A stretch of DNA of 64,000 bases from an uncultured virus (IMG/VR IMGVR_UViG_2140918032_000035) (Duplodnaviria > Heunggongvirae > Uroviricota > Caudoviricetes), in IMG/VR virus record IMGVR_UViG_2140918032_000035; one strand, written 5' to 3'. The notes beneath the pieces were generated by a model. It did no database searches. It saw only the letters and a list, made by a program, of their open reading frames with translations, and was not told where the DNA came from. The position numbers and the translations under genes were made by a program. Shown in pieces: positions 34,080-44,182 of the stretch. Position 1 is the stretch's first letter. Each line of letters starts with the position of its first letter.

Positions 34080-35417
34080 TTAGACAGGTGCAATCTCTTC
34101 CTGAATGTTGAGTTGTCCTGCGTTCTTGGGCACATAGATCGGGATGTCTGCAGTTCCCTCTGATGTGTTTGGTTCTATCTCTGTCTTTTGGACAAGAATC
34201 ACCTCTCCGGTATTGCGATCGGATACGGTTGTCGTGATGCAGTAAGTCTTCGATGTGCTGAGTCCGTAGAAAGAAACATGGTCTGTGATAAGAACAAGGT
34301 CACTTTCATCGGCAGGAGTTACTTCGACCGCCATCGTGCTTGGTGCCTGATAAGCGTTCTCGAAATGCCAGAGCTTTGAAGTGTCACCTTCATAGACTAC
34401 CCAATTACCTGAGTAGGTCTCGATAAACCATTGCTCCTTACCGGAGTCATATTCCATCCAGCCGTAATCACCGTACTGCTCTGAGATCGGACCGTACCAA
34501 TACTGCCACTGTGCAGGTGAGACATTGGTATTGTACCAGAAGTACATATTCGATTCCGGATCATAGTAGTTCTCTCCGTCAAAGTGAACTTCTCTGCCGA
34601 TCGGCTCAACATAAATGACATTAGTATTCGGTCTGGATACCTCGATGTTGGAATGTATCTTCTCAGGCGAGAGACTCCAACCCCAACCATACTTTTCGGA
34701 AGCATTGAACAGAGCAAATCCGATACCTACGAAGATACCGATAACGAGTAAGCAGATTACCAGGATCTTACCGATCTCGTCCCAAAAGTCTTCAAGACCG
34801 GAAATGATCTTGTCCTTCCTTGCTTCGGGAGTCAGCTTCGTCTTTTCAGTTACCAGCTGACCTGCAGCAGTGTTCGATACCTGAATCGGGTACTTGCAGA
34901 ACGGACATGTTACTTCTTCAGTCTTGTCTCCTGATGTTTCCCAGGTGTGGAAGAACTGCTTGTTACAGGACGGGCAGGTTACTACATTCTTAACGCCGGG
35001 CATAACAAGGTTATCGTATCTCTTGCCCGTTTCTTCGTCATAGTATCCTGCTCTGTTATCCCTGCCGTTCTTGTCAGTAAACGGCTTCGGATAATACTTA
35101 TAGTGATAACGGACAGAACTGTCCTGGGCACTCTGGAACAGATAGTAGTACCAAAGCATCTGATTGATGGATACGCAGTCGTGGCGATGGATCTCTCCCG
35201 GTGTCGGCGGCTTCGGGGGCTCATAGTGTCTGGGAACAGACGAATGTGATGAGCTCGATGAGTAAGAACTCGAAGACGAACTCGATGAAGAGCCCCACGA
35301 AGAGTGCGATGACGATGAGTGGTAACTCGGCGAAGAAAAACCTCCGCTGAAGCCTCCTCCGAATGATGATCCGCCACCGAATGATGAATGTGATGATGAT
35401 GAATGTCCACTTGGCAT
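34080..35417 (-). CDS. Membrane protein with Gly/Ser-rich N-terminus, Zn ribbon and extracellular domain
   Basis: S/G low complexity, CPSC...CPFC, one TM helix, Trp/Tyr-rich domain, C-terminal beta domain. Confidence 0.75.
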   Translation of the reverse strand: MPSGHSSSSHSSFGGGSSFGGGFSGGFSSPSYHSSSSHSSWGSSSSSSSSSYSSSSSHSSVPRHYEPPKPPTPGEIHRHDCVSINQMLWYYYLFQSAQDSSVRYHYKYYPKPFTDKNGRDNRAGYYDEETGKRYDNLVMPGVKNVVTCPSCNKQFFHTWETSGDKTEEVTCPFCKYPIQVSNTAAGQLVTEKTKLTPEARKDKIISGLEDFWDEIGKILVICLLVIGIFVGIGFALFNASEKYGWGWSLSPEKIHSNIEVSRPNTNVIYVEPIGREVHFDGENYYDPESNMYFWYNTNVSPAQWQYWYGPISEQYGDYGWMEYDSGKEQWFIETYSGNWVVYEGDTSKLWHFENAYQAPSTMAVEVTPADESDLVLITDHVSFYGLSTSKTYCITTTVSDRNTGEVILVQKTEIEPNTSEGTADIPIYVPKNAGQLNIQEEIAPV

Positions 35418-35500
35418 TATTCCCGTTCTCCTTTCAGTTTAGATTTACCCGCCATAGTTGACGGGTAAGGGGGTAATATGTGTTCTTTTTTATTTGGTGG

Positions 35501-36250
35501 TTATTCTTCCTTCCACGGTTCGAAGGGCTGTCTCTGATTAGACCACGCTTCGCCGCGTTCCGAGCACTGCTGGTATTCCAATGCTTCCAATGCTTCCCTG
35601 ACCTGCTGTTCGTTATCCGTATTATAGTCGCTGATGTACTGACCGAACACAAGGTTGTCAATGACGGGGATAGCAGCAAGTCCCAATGTCTTGATGGCTA
35701 TTGCGATGACTACCTGGTCATAATCGTGACGCTTGCGGATCAGCTTCTTATGAGTCTTATCCAGGTATGCGATCTGCAACATCTGTTCAGTGACCTTTGA
35801 GGTATCAAACTCGGTGTGAACATCGTTGTCAGGCGTGTACCTGTCTGTCGGATCCATGTCAAGCTGCATCTTGATCCTCTTTATCATCGAGTTGACCTCG
35901 TTTCTGTGAGTAAGGTAGTAAGCTACGCCACAGTCATAAAAGGTGAGGTCACGACGGCCGGCATATCTGCGGTAATCGGGGCGGGGAGCATACAGGTCCA
36001 TCTCCTTGAGGAATCTGTCGATGTCGGACTGCTTGATGATGAAATCCTTTGCACCGGATACTCCTGCCGGAAGGTCGAAACGGTGCCCGCCGTCTCCTTT
36101 CATTCCCGCTGCTTCGCTGATCTTGAGCCACTGTTCATAACGCTGGACCAAAGGCAGACCGCAGAGATCTTCTAACGAGAGCAGCCAAAGTCTGATCCCG
36201 CTTCTTCTGTTGAGATGATAGAACTCGTCTCTCTTGTTGTTCCTTGCCAT
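35501..36250 (-). CDS. Hypothetical protein
   Basis: 249-aa ORF in minus-strand operon. Confidence 0.7.
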   Translation of the reverse strand: MARNNKRDEFYHLNRRSGIRLWLLSLEDLCGLPLVQRYEQWLKISEAAGMKGDGGHRFDLPAGVSGAKDFIIKQSDIDRFLKEMDLYAPRPDYRRYAGRRDLTFYDCGVAYYLTHRNEVNSMIKRIKMQLDMDPTDRYTPDNDVHTEFDTSKVTEQMLQIAYLDKTHKKLIRKRHDYDQVVIAIAIKTLGLAAIPVIDNLVFGQYISDYNTDNEQQVREALEALEYQQCSERGEAWSNQRQPFEPWKEE

Positions 36251-36577
36251 TTATGCCACCACCAATCCTTCGTAGAGTTCGCCTGTCTGTTCCAGGTATG
36301 AGCCCAATGTGTTAAGGGCTTCCTTATAGGCTCTCGTGTAAGTCTCTCTGTCTATGCCCATGTCGGGCCACGGCTGCCATCCCAAGCCTGTCGTTACTTC
36401 AATGAACTTGGCTTTGGTCTTTCTCATCCTGGTTATCTTGATGAGTGCCGGGAGTTTCTGCCTGATGGCTTTTGCTTCGGGTGTCATCGCGTCCTCCAAC
36501 TCAACAGGGAATCTGATGATGGTGTCCAGGACAGCGATGGCGGGATCGTCGGTGGTAAGGGTTCTGTAACGGTTCAT
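36251..36577 (-). CDS. Possible RinA/ArpU-like HTH regulator
   Basis: C-terminal W.DMGIDRETYTRAYKEAL; position after SNF2 gene is typical. Confidence 0.45.
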   Translation of the reverse strand: MNRYRTLTTDDPAIAVLDTIIRFPVELEDAMTPEAKAIRQKLPALIKITRMRKTKAKFIEVTTGLGWQPWPDMGIDRETYTRAYKEALNTLGSYLEQTGELYEGLVVA

Positions 36578-36579
36578 GA

Positions 36580-38010
36580 TTATCGTGCCTGCCTTTCCGC
36601 GAGTGCAGTCTGTCTTGCTTCGATCAAAGCTGCCTGCTTTTCTTCTGCGACCATTGCCTTTGTCAGCTCAATGAACTTGAGGTTGTTCGACTGCTTGAAA
36701 TTAAGAACATCGACAAGGTGATAGTCTATTGAGTCCTTGACCAGAATGGTGTGCATATAAGTCGTTTCGTTCTGTCCCTTTCTGAATACTCTCTTTACTG
36801 TCTGGTAGAACTCGTCATAGGACCAGGGTAAAGAGTACCAGATAAGGCGGTGACAGTGTTCCTGAAGGTTCAGTCCGTACATATTGGACTTGGGTTGTAT
36901 CAATCCCACTCTGCCTTGTTCCGAACCCTTCTTGAATTCGGCAACCTTTTGAGGTGTGTCCAGGCACAATGCTTCTATGTCCAACTCTTCGCAAAGTTCG
37001 AGAATCCTGCGTCTGTCTTCCGTGAAGTTGTATGCAACGAGGACCTGTTCTCTGGTACCGTCCTTGCCGGCTGTCGCTTCCAGGATGTTCTGCAGAGCCT
37101 CGATCTTCTTGTTGTGTATCTGATGTGCGTTGCCCTTGGTATCAAAGACAAAACCGTTTGCGATCTGAGACAACTTATTCGTAAGGATGCCCGAGTTCTT
37201 TGCGGTAACTACCGAATCATCAAACTCAAGGCAGAGCTTTCTCTTGAGAGCCTTGTAAGTCTTCTTGGCTTCTTCGTCGAATTCAAGTTCCTTTCTGACC
37301 GAGATGAGAGGAGGGAGCTTGAGCTTGTCGCAGGACTTCATTGATATTGTGATGTCATCCACACGCTCGAAGGCTCTGTCCAACGCACCCGGGAGCGGAG
37401 CATAGAGATAACGCTTCGGATCCACGAGCCTCATATACTTATCTCTGAATGCAGTTATGGTTCTTTCGAGTCTGATGCCTCCGTCGAGAATACGGTACTG
37501 AGCAAACAGGTCGGCTACATCCTTGGGCATCGGAGTTCCGGTCAGAATGACCTTTCTCGGTCCGACTATGCCGGTCACTGCCTTGGTGCGTGCCGCACTG
37601 TAATTTTTGAACGATGTGGATTCGTCCAGGACGATCATGTCATAGTCTTCCATCTTTACGAGACCTGACTGCTTCAGGTAGTCAACGGCATCTCTTGAAA
37701 TGACATGGATGTCTGCAGGTTCCAGGATCTTCCTGGCAAAATAATCCTTGCGGGGCTGATGCGGCTTATCGGGTTCTACTGCTACGATCTTCAGATGCTT
37801 GAGATGATCCCACTTCTGACCTTCCTCAACCCATTCGTCAACTACGAGGCGGGGAGCAACGACCAGGATGTTTCTGCATCCGAGTTCGTCGCCGGCAGTC
37901 ATCGTGATCGCCGTCTTTCCGAGCCCGCAGTCCAGCAATAATGCTGCGATAGGGTGCATCTTCAAAAACTCAATAGCAGTCAGCTGATATGGTTCAGGTA
38001 TGTATTCCAC
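36580..38010 (-). CDS. Phage-type SNF2-family helicase
   Basis: PYQ, LDCGLGKT, VLDEST, LTGTP, GLNLQ, QTVKRVFRKGQ. Confidence 0.92.
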   Translation of the reverse strand: MEYIPEPYQLTAIEFLKMHPIAALLLDCGLGKTAITMTAGDELGCRNILVVAPRLVVDEWVEEGQKWDHLKHLKIVAVEPDKPHQPRKDYFARKILEPADIHVISRDAVDYLKQSGLVKMEDYDMIVLDESTSFKNYSAARTKAVTGIVGPRKVILTGTPMPKDVADLFAQYRILDGGIRLERTITAFRDKYMRLVDPKRYLYAPLPGALDRAFERVDDITISMKSCDKLKLPPLISVRKELEFDEEAKKTYKALKRKLCLEFDDSVVTAKNSGILTNKLSQIANGFVFDTKGNAHQIHNKKIEALQNILEATAGKDGTREQVLVAYNFTEDRRRILELCEELDIEALCLDTPQKVAEFKKGSEQGRVGLIQPKSNMYGLNLQEHCHRLIWYSLPWSYDEFYQTVKRVFRKGQNETTYMHTILVKDSIDYHLVDVLNFKQSNNLKFIELTKAMVAEEKQAALIEARQTALAERQAR

Positions 38011-38196
38011 AATAATTCCCCCGTATATACTGTCGTCATCTATATATAATTATAATGTAATTTTTCGATTTTTCAAGTCTAAATTGTCGGTTAACGCATT
38101 ATTTGTCCGTTTTGACGATACTCTTACAGAGCGTTATAATTATACTAACGATCTGTGTGATAAAGACAGATCCTTTCTAATTTTCGGAGGTGCTAT

Positions 38197-38745
38197 ATGC
38201 CCGTTTACGCTATCACTTGTGAATCCAGCGGACCTTTTCCTGCCCCTGGTATGAATAATGAAGCGACGATGCTTACTTCTATCCGCATCGTTTCCTGTCC
38301 TCAGAACCAGCTTGTCACAGCCGGTTATTTCACCCGTTCCGACGGTCAGACGGTCGAATCCAAGTATAATTCTATTACTGATGAGATGTGTAAGGGCCGT
38401 CCTTCGTTTGAGGATGCAGTTCCCAAGTTAAAGAAGTTCCTGACGGATCCCAATAATGTATTCTTCTGTTTTGGCGGAGGCTACTACGAACAGCTGATGC
38501 TCCGTTACGGTATCCGCGGTCATTTCATCGACCTGCTTCCTGCTGCCAGAGACCTTATGGCACGCACGGCCAACATCAACAATCCCTCAGGTTCCGGTGG
38601 AGCGAAGATGCCCAAGATGTCCGAATTGGCAGAGTGGCTCGGATTCGATAATCCCGTTACCCCTGAAGACAAGGCAAAGCTCATCTGTGAAACTGCTCTT
38701 TGGATCAAGGCTGAACAGACAGGTGGAATGGGAGGTCGCACATGA
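38197..38745 (+). CDS. DnaQ/DEDDh exonuclease-fold protein, apparently catalytically degenerate
   Basis: AITCESSG, SITDEMCKGRPSFEDAVPKLKKFL, FIDLL, KMSELAEWLG. Confidence 0.6.
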   Translation: MPVYAITCESSGPFPAPGMNNEATMLTSIRIVSCPQNQLVTAGYFTRSDGQTVESKYNSITDEMCKGRPSFEDAVPKLKKFLTDPNNVFFCFGGGYYEQLMLRYGIRGHFIDLLPAARDLMARTANINNPSGSGGAKMPKMSELAEWLGFDNPVTPEDKAKLICETALWIKAEQTGGMGGRT

Positions 38746-39308
38746 ACGCAAGTGATGTAAATACTTGTATGAATATCCTTAATCATTATGCTGACGAGGC
38801 CCGTGCTTTCGCCTCTCACATATTCGCAACCTGCCCGGTCACTCAGAACGGTGCATGGGGCGACATTAGTTGGTGGAAGCAGGTGGTCTCCAAGTATCTT
38901 CAGACCGGTGCTCTTGCCTGCGGCGGAGCTGCTCTTGCTGCATGTGCCGAGTTTAAGGCCCGTGACACAGACATTGATCCGTCGTCTTTCCTCAGGCTTT
39001 GGATCGTTCAAAGCGATTCCCCGTATAAGAAGAGCGCTCTTGCCTGGCTCGGTATAATCCCGGTCAAGGCTTCCACGGTCCACACTCTCAACCAGAGTGC
39101 TGACGAAGTGTTCGATGCGATCGACACCGAGAAGTTCGGTGTTGACGACTGCTTATATATGCTCGACTACGGCGTTAAGGGACAGCTGGCGAACCGCGTA
39201 TGCGATTTCATTGCCGAAAAGGCTCCCGAGCTTATGCCGTTGGCACAATATATGATCGAGAACCCCGGATTCCCCGAGGGTAAACTCGCAGAAAGGTGGA
39301 GAACTTAA
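38742..39308 (+). CDS. Hypothetical protein
   Basis: Overlapping ATGA start/stop, SD GGAGG. Confidence 0.7.
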   Translation: MNASDVNTCMNILNHYADEARAFASHIFATCPVTQNGAWGDISWWKQVVSKYLQTGALACGGAALAACAEFKARDTDIDPSSFLRLWIVQSDSPYKKSALAWLGIIPVKASTVHTLNQSADEVFDAIDTEKFGVDDCLYMLDYGVKGQLANRVCDFIAEKAPELMPLAQYMIENPGFPEGKLAERWRT

Positions 39309-39661
39309 TGGAGTTTCGTGAATTAGATCAGATAAATGAAATGCTTTGCGACGGCAGGGATACTGCCGTTAAACTTCTTGAAAACAAAATGACAGGCGAC
39401 GAGTTCGCTTACGCTCTGTCTGACATCCTGTTGGAAAAGCTCTACGAACTTGACGCGTCCGCTGCCCACGATTGGGCTAATGCTCAGGTCGTCGGACTCT
39501 CGGCCGCTGTCGAAGCAAAGAGACCTTCGGATCTGATACTCAAATTGGCTGCAGGCGGTGTCCTGGCTATCTCCCGTGAGACCGCCACGCCTCCTGTTTC
39601 GGTTATCTATGAACTTTGTTGGGTTGCCATGGCAAAGGCAACAGAAGGGAAACTCGGATGA
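39308..39661 (+). CDS. Hypothetical protein
   Basis: TAATG coupling. Confidence 0.65.
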   Translation: MEFRELDQINEMLCDGRDTAVKLLENKMTGDEFAYALSDILLEKLYELDASAAHDWANAQVVGLSAAVEAKRPSDLILKLAAGGVLAISRETATPPVSVIYELCWVAMAKATEGKLG

Positions 39662-40461
39662 ACTCTTTTTACTACCGTTATTTCTTATCCCGTAAAGGAC
39701 TTGTATTTGATGTCCCGGACGAAGAATGGGATGACGGCTGCCTTGACTTCTTGAGCAAGGACAAGAGTTACGCTGTCGAGGTCGCCGACAAGCTCGGTAT
39801 CTCGTCGCTCTGGCTGACCGATATGCCGGTCATCTTTTCCAAAAAGACCTTCAACTACTACATCGGTTCCAAACTCATATCGCACATGGTCAAGCCTGAA
39901 GAAGAAGGTCTGACCTTGATCGAACCGTCCCAGAAACTCAAAGACGGTCTGCGTGCGGTTGAAATGTCGGCTGTCGGCTTCGAGCCCATGCCGACTTCTC
40001 TTATTCCGCGACCTTACTCGATGGCGTTCCTTGCTGCCGAGAAAGATGAGATAAGCCTGGAGAATTACCTGAGGTCCAAACTCGGCTACAACGGTGAGGC
40101 GTTCACGGACATCTACAAAACGATGCTTATGTGCAGTGCCTATCCGCCCGTAGGATCTCCTCTTATCTGCGAACGCGATGTTCTCGAAAAGATCGCTATT
40201 TCGGAGGGGCTTACTTTTGACGAAGCATCCTCTGTTTTTTATGTCGCCGATCAGGCGTGCCTGTTTAATTTACTGCTTGCTTATAAGATGTTTGTCGAGC
40301 CCTGGCATTTAGCACCAAGGCGTGACGGCAAGTACATTATTACTTACCGCGGATATGATTACGGCGACTTCCTGCCTATCGGAGTAAAGGCTGCTCAAAA
40401 CAGACCTGCGGAATCCAAGCGTCCGTCTGCAAGACGCAGAGCAGAGGGCGGTAGCAGATAA
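39658..40461 (+). CDS. Hypothetical protein, paralog of 60675-61517
   Basis: Shared A..LGIS..WLT..PV.FSK....Y motif. Confidence 0.7.
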   Translation: MNSFYYRYFLSRKGLVFDVPDEEWDDGCLDFLSKDKSYAVEVADKLGISSLWLTDMPVIFSKKTFNYYIGSKLISHMVKPEEEGLTLIEPSQKLKDGLRAVEMSAVGFEPMPTSLIPRPYSMAFLAAEKDEISLENYLRSKLGYNGEAFTDIYKTMLMCSAYPPVGSPLICERDVLEKIAISEGLTFDEASSVFYVADQACLFNLLLAYKMFVEPWHLAPRRDGKYIITYRGYDYGDFLPIGVKAAQNRPAESKRPSARRRAEGGSR

Positions 40462-40507
40462 GAAGAAAACAAATTGAGCCAAAACGACTTTAAGGAGGTA
40501 TTGTTTT

Positions 40508-41338
40508 ATGGCTAATGATTCAAGTGCTACGGGGCACATCTATTTCTCTGACCAATTTTGGGCTGAGCATTGGCGTGATATTGCCAAGTTTGTTGTTTCT
40601 TATCAGTGTGCTGTGTACGGTGTAACAGGAATGGATATGGAAGAGACTAAAGGGCCTCTTTCCAACATTCATTCCGGTTATCTGGATGGCAGTTCCGAGC
40701 AGCGTCAGGCTCTTGCAGGACTGAACGATCCTAACCTTCCCGCACCGAGCAACGACGGACTTTATTTTTACGGCGACGGTCGTTGGGCGTTTACCAGCTC
40801 CCTTGAGGATTTCGGCGGTATTCCCGTACCTGAGAGGGAGAATGGTATGCTCAAGTATCCGAAGGAAGCCATATATGAGCACAATGAGGCTTTCCTGAAG
40901 CTGATGGCTGAGAACAATGAGTCTTTCGAGATGGATTTCGAGGACTATGAGCCCGGCTGCGTTTACCGCTATGACGGCCGTTATCGCATCACTCCTCAGT
41001 GGTCAATGCTTGACGGTATTACTCTTGTCGCTGAAGAGATCGAGTGCCGTGAAGTCGGTACTGATGACCGTTCCCTGATCGAAGACGATTTCGAGGAGGG
41101 CTTCTATGTTGAGGATATGCTCGATAAAGAGTCGTTTATCGAAGCCGCACAGGAGCTCGGACTTACTCCTAAGCAGTTTGCCGATACTCTTAATGCAATG
41201 CCTTCTTACAAAGGCGGCGTTCGCAGTTCCAGACTTGATACCGACTTTGAAGATACAGACCTTAAATATGCAAACTTTGAAGATGTTATCAGAGATGTCA
41301 GAGATTATCTTGAAAAGCAGCAAGGGAGGACAACTTAA
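40508..41338 (+). CDS. Acidic hypothetical protein (ends QGRTT), paralog of 42565
   Basis: SD AAGGAGG; shared G.GRW.F.S.L, DYEPGC, FEEG, YKG motifs. Confidence 0.8.
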   Translation: MANDSSATGHIYFSDQFWAEHWRDIAKFVVSYQCAVYGVTGMDMEETKGPLSNIHSGYLDGSSEQRQALAGLNDPNLPAPSNDGLYFYGDGRWAFTSSLEDFGGIPVPERENGMLKYPKEAIYEHNEAFLKLMAENNESFEMDFEDYEPGCVYRYDGRYRITPQWSMLDGITLVAEEIECREVGTDDRSLIEDDFEEGFYVEDMLDKESFIEAAQELGLTPKQFADTLNAMPSYKGGVRSSRLDTDFEDTDLKYANFEDVIRDVRDYLEKQQGRTT

Positions 41339-41697
41339 TGGACAGAAGCAATGAACCTGCTATGCAGGAACTTATAAAGACCGTGGATCAGAGCGGGTAT
41401 TCCCTGCACGATCTCTTGAACTCTATGGGATATTGCGGTTTCAAACTCTGGTCTCAGGAAGACATGGAAGCTCAGTTCGCAGTGATAATGAGAGATGTGC
41501 AAGGAGACAGCAGTGTTTCCGGTGAGCTGAAACAGTTGTGGGCAGGCAAGACGGCAGCGGAAGTCGGTATTCGCATCCAGGATTGTGATGCGGGACTCAG
41601 CTCTTGTACTGACAGCGAGTGGGATACCATTCAGGATCGCATCTTCTCGAAAGTCCGTGAAACAGAAGCCTCTATCGGCAATATGCAGGGGAGGTAA
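41338..41697 (+). CDS. Acidic hypothetical protein (ends QGR)
   Basis: Coupled ORF with SD. Confidence 0.75.
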   Translation: MDRSNEPAMQELIKTVDQSGYSLHDLLNSMGYCGFKLWSQEDMEAQFAVIMRDVQGDSSVSGELKQLWAGKTAAEVGIRIQDCDAGLSSCTDSEWDTIQDRIFSKVRETEASIGNMQGR

Positions 41698-41702
41698 AGG
41701 TT

Positions 41703-42143
41703 ATGCAGATCTCACACGATAACGGTTACGGCCGTACTGATGTTTTTACCGTAGTCGAGGGCTTCCCCGACTCTACTTATTTTGTCTGGAACATCGGAGA
41801 CAATATGATCGACGGCTACCTGCCTTTGTGTCAGCGTGCTCCGGATCAGGAAGATTGGCAGATGAATGTCAATCTCAACACCCTTTGTGCGATCGACATG
41901 CGTGACGATCCTGAGCTTCTCGCAAAGTTCCGTCAGGCTGCACACAGCGGTATCATGAATTATGAAACTGCACTTGCCGCTTCCCAGGCCAAGCCCGTTC
42001 CGCCGGAACAGAGCGGTTGTGCTTATGGTAAGCGAGAGATACTTGAGTATGACTACGAGTGTCATAAGCAGGCAATGGCCGAAGAACTGGTCGGATACTT
42101 TGAAGAACTGTCGGCGGGTTTTCTTAACGCCGGAAGGAGTTAA
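41703..42143 (+). CDS. Acidic hypothetical protein (ends AGRS)
   Basis: ORF with SD; YFVWNIG...GYLPLC motif. Confidence 0.75.
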   Translation: MQISHDNGYGRTDVFTVVEGFPDSTYFVWNIGDNMIDGYLPLCQRAPDQEDWQMNVNLNTLCAIDMRDDPELLAKFRQAAHSGIMNYETALAASQAKPVPPEQSGCAYGKREILEYDYECHKQAMAEELVGYFEELSAGFLNAGRS

Positions 42144-42145
42144 CT

Positions 42146-42562
42146 ATGGCAGATGATAAGAACGAAATAAGCATTTCTGGTTATGTCGGTTTACCAGAAA
42201 TCGCCCGTGAGATGTCCGGCAAGGATATGGCGAATGTTAGTTTCAATTTGAAAGAAGAAGTAATGAGCGATCTGGATTATCGCCTTAACGATGTCCCCTA
42301 CGACTCCGGTATCGACGATCCGTTTTATGATCCGCTTGATGATGAGGCTGCGGCTAATGCTGACAGCGATGTGTTCCTCGAATTCGTCGTTGCCAGGCTA
42401 CTTGAGGACTTGCGAGCAGGCAAGATCGAAGTAGAACATATCTCGCTGGATCCTTATTACGAAGATGGTGTTCTCACCGGTTGGGATTACGACGCAACCA
42501 TCAACCGTTCTTACGAGCAGTTGCGTGAAGAGTACGCAGGGCAGAATCAAGGGAGGGCTTGA
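42146..42562 (+). CDS. Highly acidic hypothetical protein (ends QGRA), paralog of 44183
   Basis: Shared PYYE.G...GWD motif. Confidence 0.75.
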   Translation: MADDKNEISISGYVGLPEIAREMSGKDMANVSFNLKEEVMSDLDYRLNDVPYDSGIDDPFYDPLDDEAAANADSDVFLEFVVARLLEDLRAGKIEVEHISLDPYYEDGVLTGWDYDATINRSYEQLREEYAGQNQGRA

Positions 42563-42564
42563 TC

Positions 42565-43275
42565 ATGGCAAATATATCTGATGCTTATGGCACCATCTCA
42601 TTTTCGGAAGGCTTTTGGGAGAAGCACGAACAGGAGATAGCCGATTTTGTGGAGAAGTTCCATTGGGATCGTGATTACGGTATTCAGAGTCTTGAGATGG
42701 ACCGCGAGAACCAGCAGTTGAAGTTCAGCGGTTCGGGGCGCTGGACTTTCGAGTCCACGCTTGACAGCAACGGTGGTTTTTCTACTTTGTGTCCCACTGT
42801 TCCGGGCTATATTCCGGACTGCGATAACAATGCCGCTTTTCTCGAACTCGTTGCTCGCGAAGAGGCTTCTATGTTCTATGACTTTAAGGACTACGAACCG
42901 GGTTGCGAAGTCTGCTATTCTGCTGCGTATGAGGTTAAGCCTTATCTTCCCGTCGAGGCTTCCAAGTACAGAGTATATTTCGAGATCATCAGTTGCAGTT
43001 CAGAGGATCTCGGGTTGGACAGTCGCTCCCGCATAGAGAACGGTTTTGAAGAAGGTTCGTTTGTTGACGACCTTCTGGAACAGCAGGATGAGGCGTTCAT
43101 CCAGGCTGCGGCTGACGCAGGCGTTACGCCCGAGGTGTTCGCAGAAGTTCTCCGTCAGCTCCCTGATTACAAGGGCGCTATTACTGATGTCGAAACCGAC
43201 TACGGCGAGGACTATTCGCCTGTAATAGAAGATGTTGTTGATTATCTGTCCAATGACAGACACACACAGCCTTAA
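42565..43275 (+). CDS. Acidic hypothetical protein, paralog of 40508
   Basis: MANISDAYGTISFS vs MANDSSATGHIYFS and further shared motifs. Confidence 0.8.
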   Translation: MANISDAYGTISFSEGFWEKHEQEIADFVEKFHWDRDYGIQSLEMDRENQQLKFSGSGRWTFESTLDSNGGFSTLCPTVPGYIPDCDNNAAFLELVAREEASMFYDFKDYEPGCEVCYSAAYEVKPYLPVEASKYRVYFEIISCSSEDLGLDSRSRIENGFEEGSFVDDLLEQQDEAFIQAAADAGVTPEVFAEVLRQLPDYKGAITDVETDYGEDYSPVIEDVVDYLSNDRHTQP

Positions 43276-43289
43276 AGGAGGAACTTTTT

Positions 43290-43622
43290 ATGGCAATGGT
43301 TAATATGAAGTATGTGGCTGCGGACGCTCTGCGTGAGATGCTTATTCAAGGTCAGTCAACTTTCCGTGTTGAGTTTGACCAGGCTGGCAACGGCATAACA
43401 GTCGAGCCGAAGATCCACGAGGGCTGCAACCCCCGCGTTTTTGCATCTAACAATGTCGAGTGGGAAACCTTCCTTGATGTCGGCATCGAGAAGTACATTG
43501 ACGGATTCCGCATTACCGAGCCTGAGGGTATGTATCCTGATGTTACCACGATCGGCGAGGTCGGAGCCTGTGCCATGAACTATATGATGTGCCTGGCACT
43601 CGGAGGCGGGAGGAACGCGTAA
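43290..43622 (+). CDS. Hypothetical protein (ends GGRNA)
   Basis: SD AAAGGAGG. Confidence 0.75.
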   Translation: MAMVNMKYVAADALREMLIQGQSTFRVEFDQAGNGITVEPKIHEGCNPRVFASNNVEWETFLDVGIEKYIDGFRITEPEGMYPDVTTIGEVGACAMNYMMCLALGGGRNA

Positions 43623-44170
43623 TGATCACTAAAGAGAGTTTTTTCACCGAGTTCAACGGCCACAGTAACGCTTACTCAAGTTATATGCTTATCGGCGTTA
43701 CCCCGGAACAGGTCATCGACATGCTGAATGCCAGAGGCTACGATTGGGATGTCGGTTCCGGCGAATATGATGAAGCCAATAAGACGGTCAGCTTTGAGAT
43801 ATGCAAAGAAGGACCGGATAAGATATGCGACTTTACTGCCGATCTGCATTGCAACGGGTTTGCCGACATGGGCTCCTGGTACGGAGAGCCTGAGTTCTGC
43901 TATGCCAGGAACGGTGTTGAGTCGGACGAATACTATGCGTATTGGAAAGACGGTCAGGCTCCCGAGCCCTATTCCGACAGCGGTGCTGAAGAAGATGCTC
44001 TGGAAGACGGTGAAGAAGTCGAACAGTTATGGGATGTGGATGTCATCTTTGTCGATCCGGAATCAGGTGCTTCATACCTGTTCGGTGAGGGTGCTTTGAG
44101 CACGGACATCAAAGAGCGTTTCGAGGAAATGGTCAACTCACATCCTTGTCCGCCTGACATCAAGCGTTGA
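43622..44170 (+). CDS. Highly acidic hypothetical protein
   Basis: TAATG coupling. Confidence 0.75.
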   Translation: MITKESFFTEFNGHSNAYSSYMLIGVTPEQVIDMLNARGYDWDVGSGEYDEANKTVSFEICKEGPDKICDFTADLHCNGFADMGSWYGEPEFCYARNGVESDEYYAYWKDGQAPEPYSDSGAEEDALEDGEEVEQLWDVDVIFVDPESGASYLFGEGALSTDIKERFEEMVNSHPCPPDIKR

Positions 44171-44182
44171 GGAGGCTGTACC

